This document shows positions 61,610 to 64,000 of a stretch of 64,000 nucleotides of DNA, one piece after another. Both the position numbers and the translations under genes were made by a program. Origin of the DNA: Mobula hypostoma (Eukaryota); NCBI RefSeq assembly GCF_963921235.1, contig NC_086108.1, positions 310,001-374,000 of the forward strand. The letters are read 5' to 3'. The number at the start of each line of letters is the position of its first letter. Positions within the stretch are counted from its first letter, which is position 1. Under the pieces are notes generated by a model. The model searched no databases. It saw nothing but the letters and a program-made list of their open reading frames with translations, and was not told the origin of the DNA.

Positions 61610-62047
61610 GGTTTTATTGACACTGATCAATAGAAAAAGACTCTTTCATGTCAGTGAAAACAGATCTCTACAAAGTGATCTACATTAATTACAAATATGA
61701 AACACAGAATAATTGATTACATAAGTATTCACCCCCTTTAATATGACACACCAAATCATCACTAGTGCAGCCAATTGGTTAAATGGAGATCACCTGTGTG
61801 CGAACAAGGTGTTTCAATTGATTGTAGTGAAAATATGCCTGTAAACATGAGGAAATCTGCAGATGCTGGAAATTCAAGCAACACACATCAAAGTTGCATG
61901 TGAACATAGCAGGCCAGGCAGCATCTCTAGGAAGAGGTACAGTCGACGTTTTGGCCCGAAACATCGACTGTACCTCTTCCTAGAGTTGCCTGGCCTGCTG
62001 CGTTCACCAGCAAAAATACACCTGTGTCTGGAAGGTCCAACTGATGA
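61530..62047 (+). mobile_element. Tc1-like left-end fragment interrupted by a Penelope-derived palindromic insert (61843-62012)
   Basis: Internal aagtattcaccccc repeat and similarity to 17780-18000; the insert is flanked by aaaatatgcctgt / aaaatacacctgt. Confidence 0.65.
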
Positions 62048-62071
62048 GCTGATTGTGGAGCTCACTGGAAA

Positions 62072-63280
62072 ATGGCGCAGAGAGAGAACATCAAGGAAAG
62101 AGCCAAGCTGTTGAGGGAAGTTTTTGGCGAGAGTGGAAGTGAACTAGAGATGGAGGTCGGTGGGAAAGAGGAACGGAATGGAAAGAGGAAAAAAAGAAAG
62201 CAGAGGTACGGGATATCAAACTCTGAGGAGTCAGCGGATGATCAAAGCAGGACAGCAGAACAATGGAAAGAAGATGAGATTAAAGCAATTATAAAACTAA
62301 GCCAAGACGGGGCGTCTTTTGGTGATTGGAACCCGATTTGTTTGACGAAGATGCTCAACAAAATTATAGGGGAGATTAAAAGAGCAAAGAATTTACGAAA
62401 TGGATGGCTATTAGTGATTTGTCGGGATAGTGCTCAGCAAGGCAAAGTGATAAGACTAAGTAAAATAGACAGCAAAGAAGTACAATGCTCAATACTTGAC
62501 AATAGAAAGTGGACTAGAGGAGTTATTTCGGGAATACCAACAAGAGTTACTATGGATGAGATTAAACAGAACATAAAAGGAGCAAAAATTATTGAAGCCA
62601 AACGTTTAAAAGTTACAAGAAATGGGAAGAAGTGTGATAGTTTATCAGTAATGATTAACTTTGATGAAGAGAGATTGCTGACTAACGTTCACTTAGGGTA
62701 TATGTGTTATGTGGTTAGAACATATATACCACCGCCTTTAAGATGCTATGAATATCAGAAATTCGGGCACATTGTGGCGGTCTGCAGAGGAAAACAAAGA
62801 TGTGGGAGATGCGCTGGAGAAGATGAATATGGGAAAGGTGAAGCGGGAGCTGGGCTGAAATGCTGCAATTGTGGCGAGGAACACAGCACAGTTTATCGAG
62901 GGTGCATTTATAGCAGGAAGGCGGCTGAGATACAATATGTAAAAGTAACTCAAGGAATCAGTTACGCAGAGGCAGTGAAAGAATTTACTGAGAAAAAGGC
63001 TGTCAAGCAAACAAATACAGGGAATAATAAACTGGTGAATTGTGAGGGTTCTAATATGAAAAATAAGGATACACTATTAATGAGTAGAAAGGATTTCGTA
63101 CTTTTTGTGGTGGATGCATTTAATTGTTCAGCACAAACAAGCAAAAGAACTGAAAAAAATAAAATTATAGTCAAGTCTGCAGAAAAGTATCTTGGTATTA
63201 AAGGGATTAGGTGGGAAGAAATCAAAGAAACGCTGAACGGAGGATCCAACGGTTCACAGGCAGGGGAGATGGAATCTTAA
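62072..63280 (+). CDS. ORF1 (gag-like, partly degenerate zinc knuckles) of a Nimb/I-group LINE
   Basis: LRNGWLLVIC, RGVISGIP, SLSVMINF, YIPPPLRCYEYQKFGH...C, CCNCGEEH...GC and ISYAEAVK; followed by TAATG and an IANGQEFKKY ORF2 remnant. Confidence 0.78.
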   Translation: MAQRENIKERAKLLREVFGESGSELEMEVGGKEERNGKRKKRKQRYGISNSEESADDQSRTAEQWKEDEIKAIIKLSQDGASFGDWNPICLTKMLNKIIGEIKRAKNLRNGWLLVICRDSAQQGKVIRLSKIDSKEVQCSILDNRKWTRGVISGIPTRVTMDEIKQNIKGAKIIEAKRLKVTRNGKKCDSLSVMINFDEERLLTNVHLGYMCYVVRTYIPPPLRCYEYQKFGHIVAVCRGKQRCGRCAGEDEYGKGEAGAGLKCCNCGEEHSTVYRGCIYSRKAAEIQYVKVTQGISYAEAVKEFTEKKAVKQTNTGNNKLVNCEGSNMKNKDTLLMSRKDFVLFVVDAFNCSAQTSKRTEKNKIIVKSAEKYLGIKGIRWEEIKETLNGGSNGSQAGEMES

Positions 63281-63329
63281 TGGCAGCATATTTATCGCAA
63301 ATGGTCAAGAATTTAAGAAATATGACCAG

Positions 63330-64000
63330 GAAGCAGAATTACCTAATAAGATTACTGTCTTACGGTATGAGTATAATTCTATAACGTCCAAGAGTGTCTC
63401 AAAACTACTGACACAAGTCAGACAGAGATATTTTCAGCTTGGTGAAAAGCCCCATAAATTATTAGCCCGTCAGTTAAGACAGATGCAGGCCTCCAGGGCC
63501 ATACATCGTATAAAGGCGAAGATGGCTTTTAATGGACGGACCCGGAAAAAAATTAATAAGTGTTTTGCGGAGTTCTATGCTAATGTTTACTAATCACAAG
63601 GCGGTCCAGACATTGAAACTATGGATGCAGTTTTTGATAATCTGAATCTGCCCACACTGTCAACAGATTCAGTAAGTACACTTGATGCTGATATAAGCCT
63701 AGATGAGATCAAGAAGGTCATCTCTTCCCTCCCCAATGATAAGGCAGCAGGTCCTGATGGTTCTAGCATGGAATTCTTCAAAGTATTTGGTTCAAAATTG
63801 TCACCTCTGCTCTTACAAATGTTGAATCACTCTAGGATAGCTTCCAGATTGCCACTCACTTTATGTAAAGCCAATGTTTCTCTGATTCCAAAACCAGGCC
63901 GTGATCCCGAGGTGGTTTCATCATATCGCTCCATTACGCTGCTGCCCATTGAAACCAAAATTCTTGGGAAAGTCCTGGCCAATAGGTTAAAAGAATGTAT
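63330..64000 (+). mobile_element. L1-clade ORF2 fragment (degenerate, runs off the window)
   Basis: GEKPHKLLARQL, KAAGPDG, SLIPKPGRDP, YRSITLLPIETKILGKVLANRL. Confidence 0.8.

Overview
Vertebrate genomic DNA, probably a cartilaginous fish (shark or ray), inferred from the repeat families. Most of the window is transposon-derived: many CR1 LINEs, Rex1/Babar, RTE, L1, Tx1, Hero (RLE), Nimb/I-group, Penelope elements with hammerhead ribozymes, Tc1/mariner, SINEs, solo LTRs and TE-derived tandem arrays. There are two host loci. On the + strand are the last coding exons of a TTLL6/TTLL13-type tubulin polyglutamylase (209-373/377, 6465/6469-6642, 12818-13276, 17190-17619, 22101-22348, all phase-compatible). 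On the - strand are two disabled exons of an AGAP2-like gene (57626-57759, 44467-44582) carrying frameshifts, a nonsense codon and a LINE insertion. The most notable signal is in a young CR1 with an uninterrupted ORF2 (822-4554). ORF2 has no usable AUG, lies in the -1 frame, and overlaps ORF1 by only 16 nt, which contain the slippery heptamer U_UUA_AAC directly before the ORF1 stop. This suggests ORF1-ORF2 fusion by programmed -1 frameshifting. Other highlights are a five-level nested TE stack with target-site duplications (TSDs), a CR1-in-CR1 foldback, an 87-bp inverted templated insertion, and two satellites arising from TE ends. All family calls come from motif recognition by eye; no searches were run.
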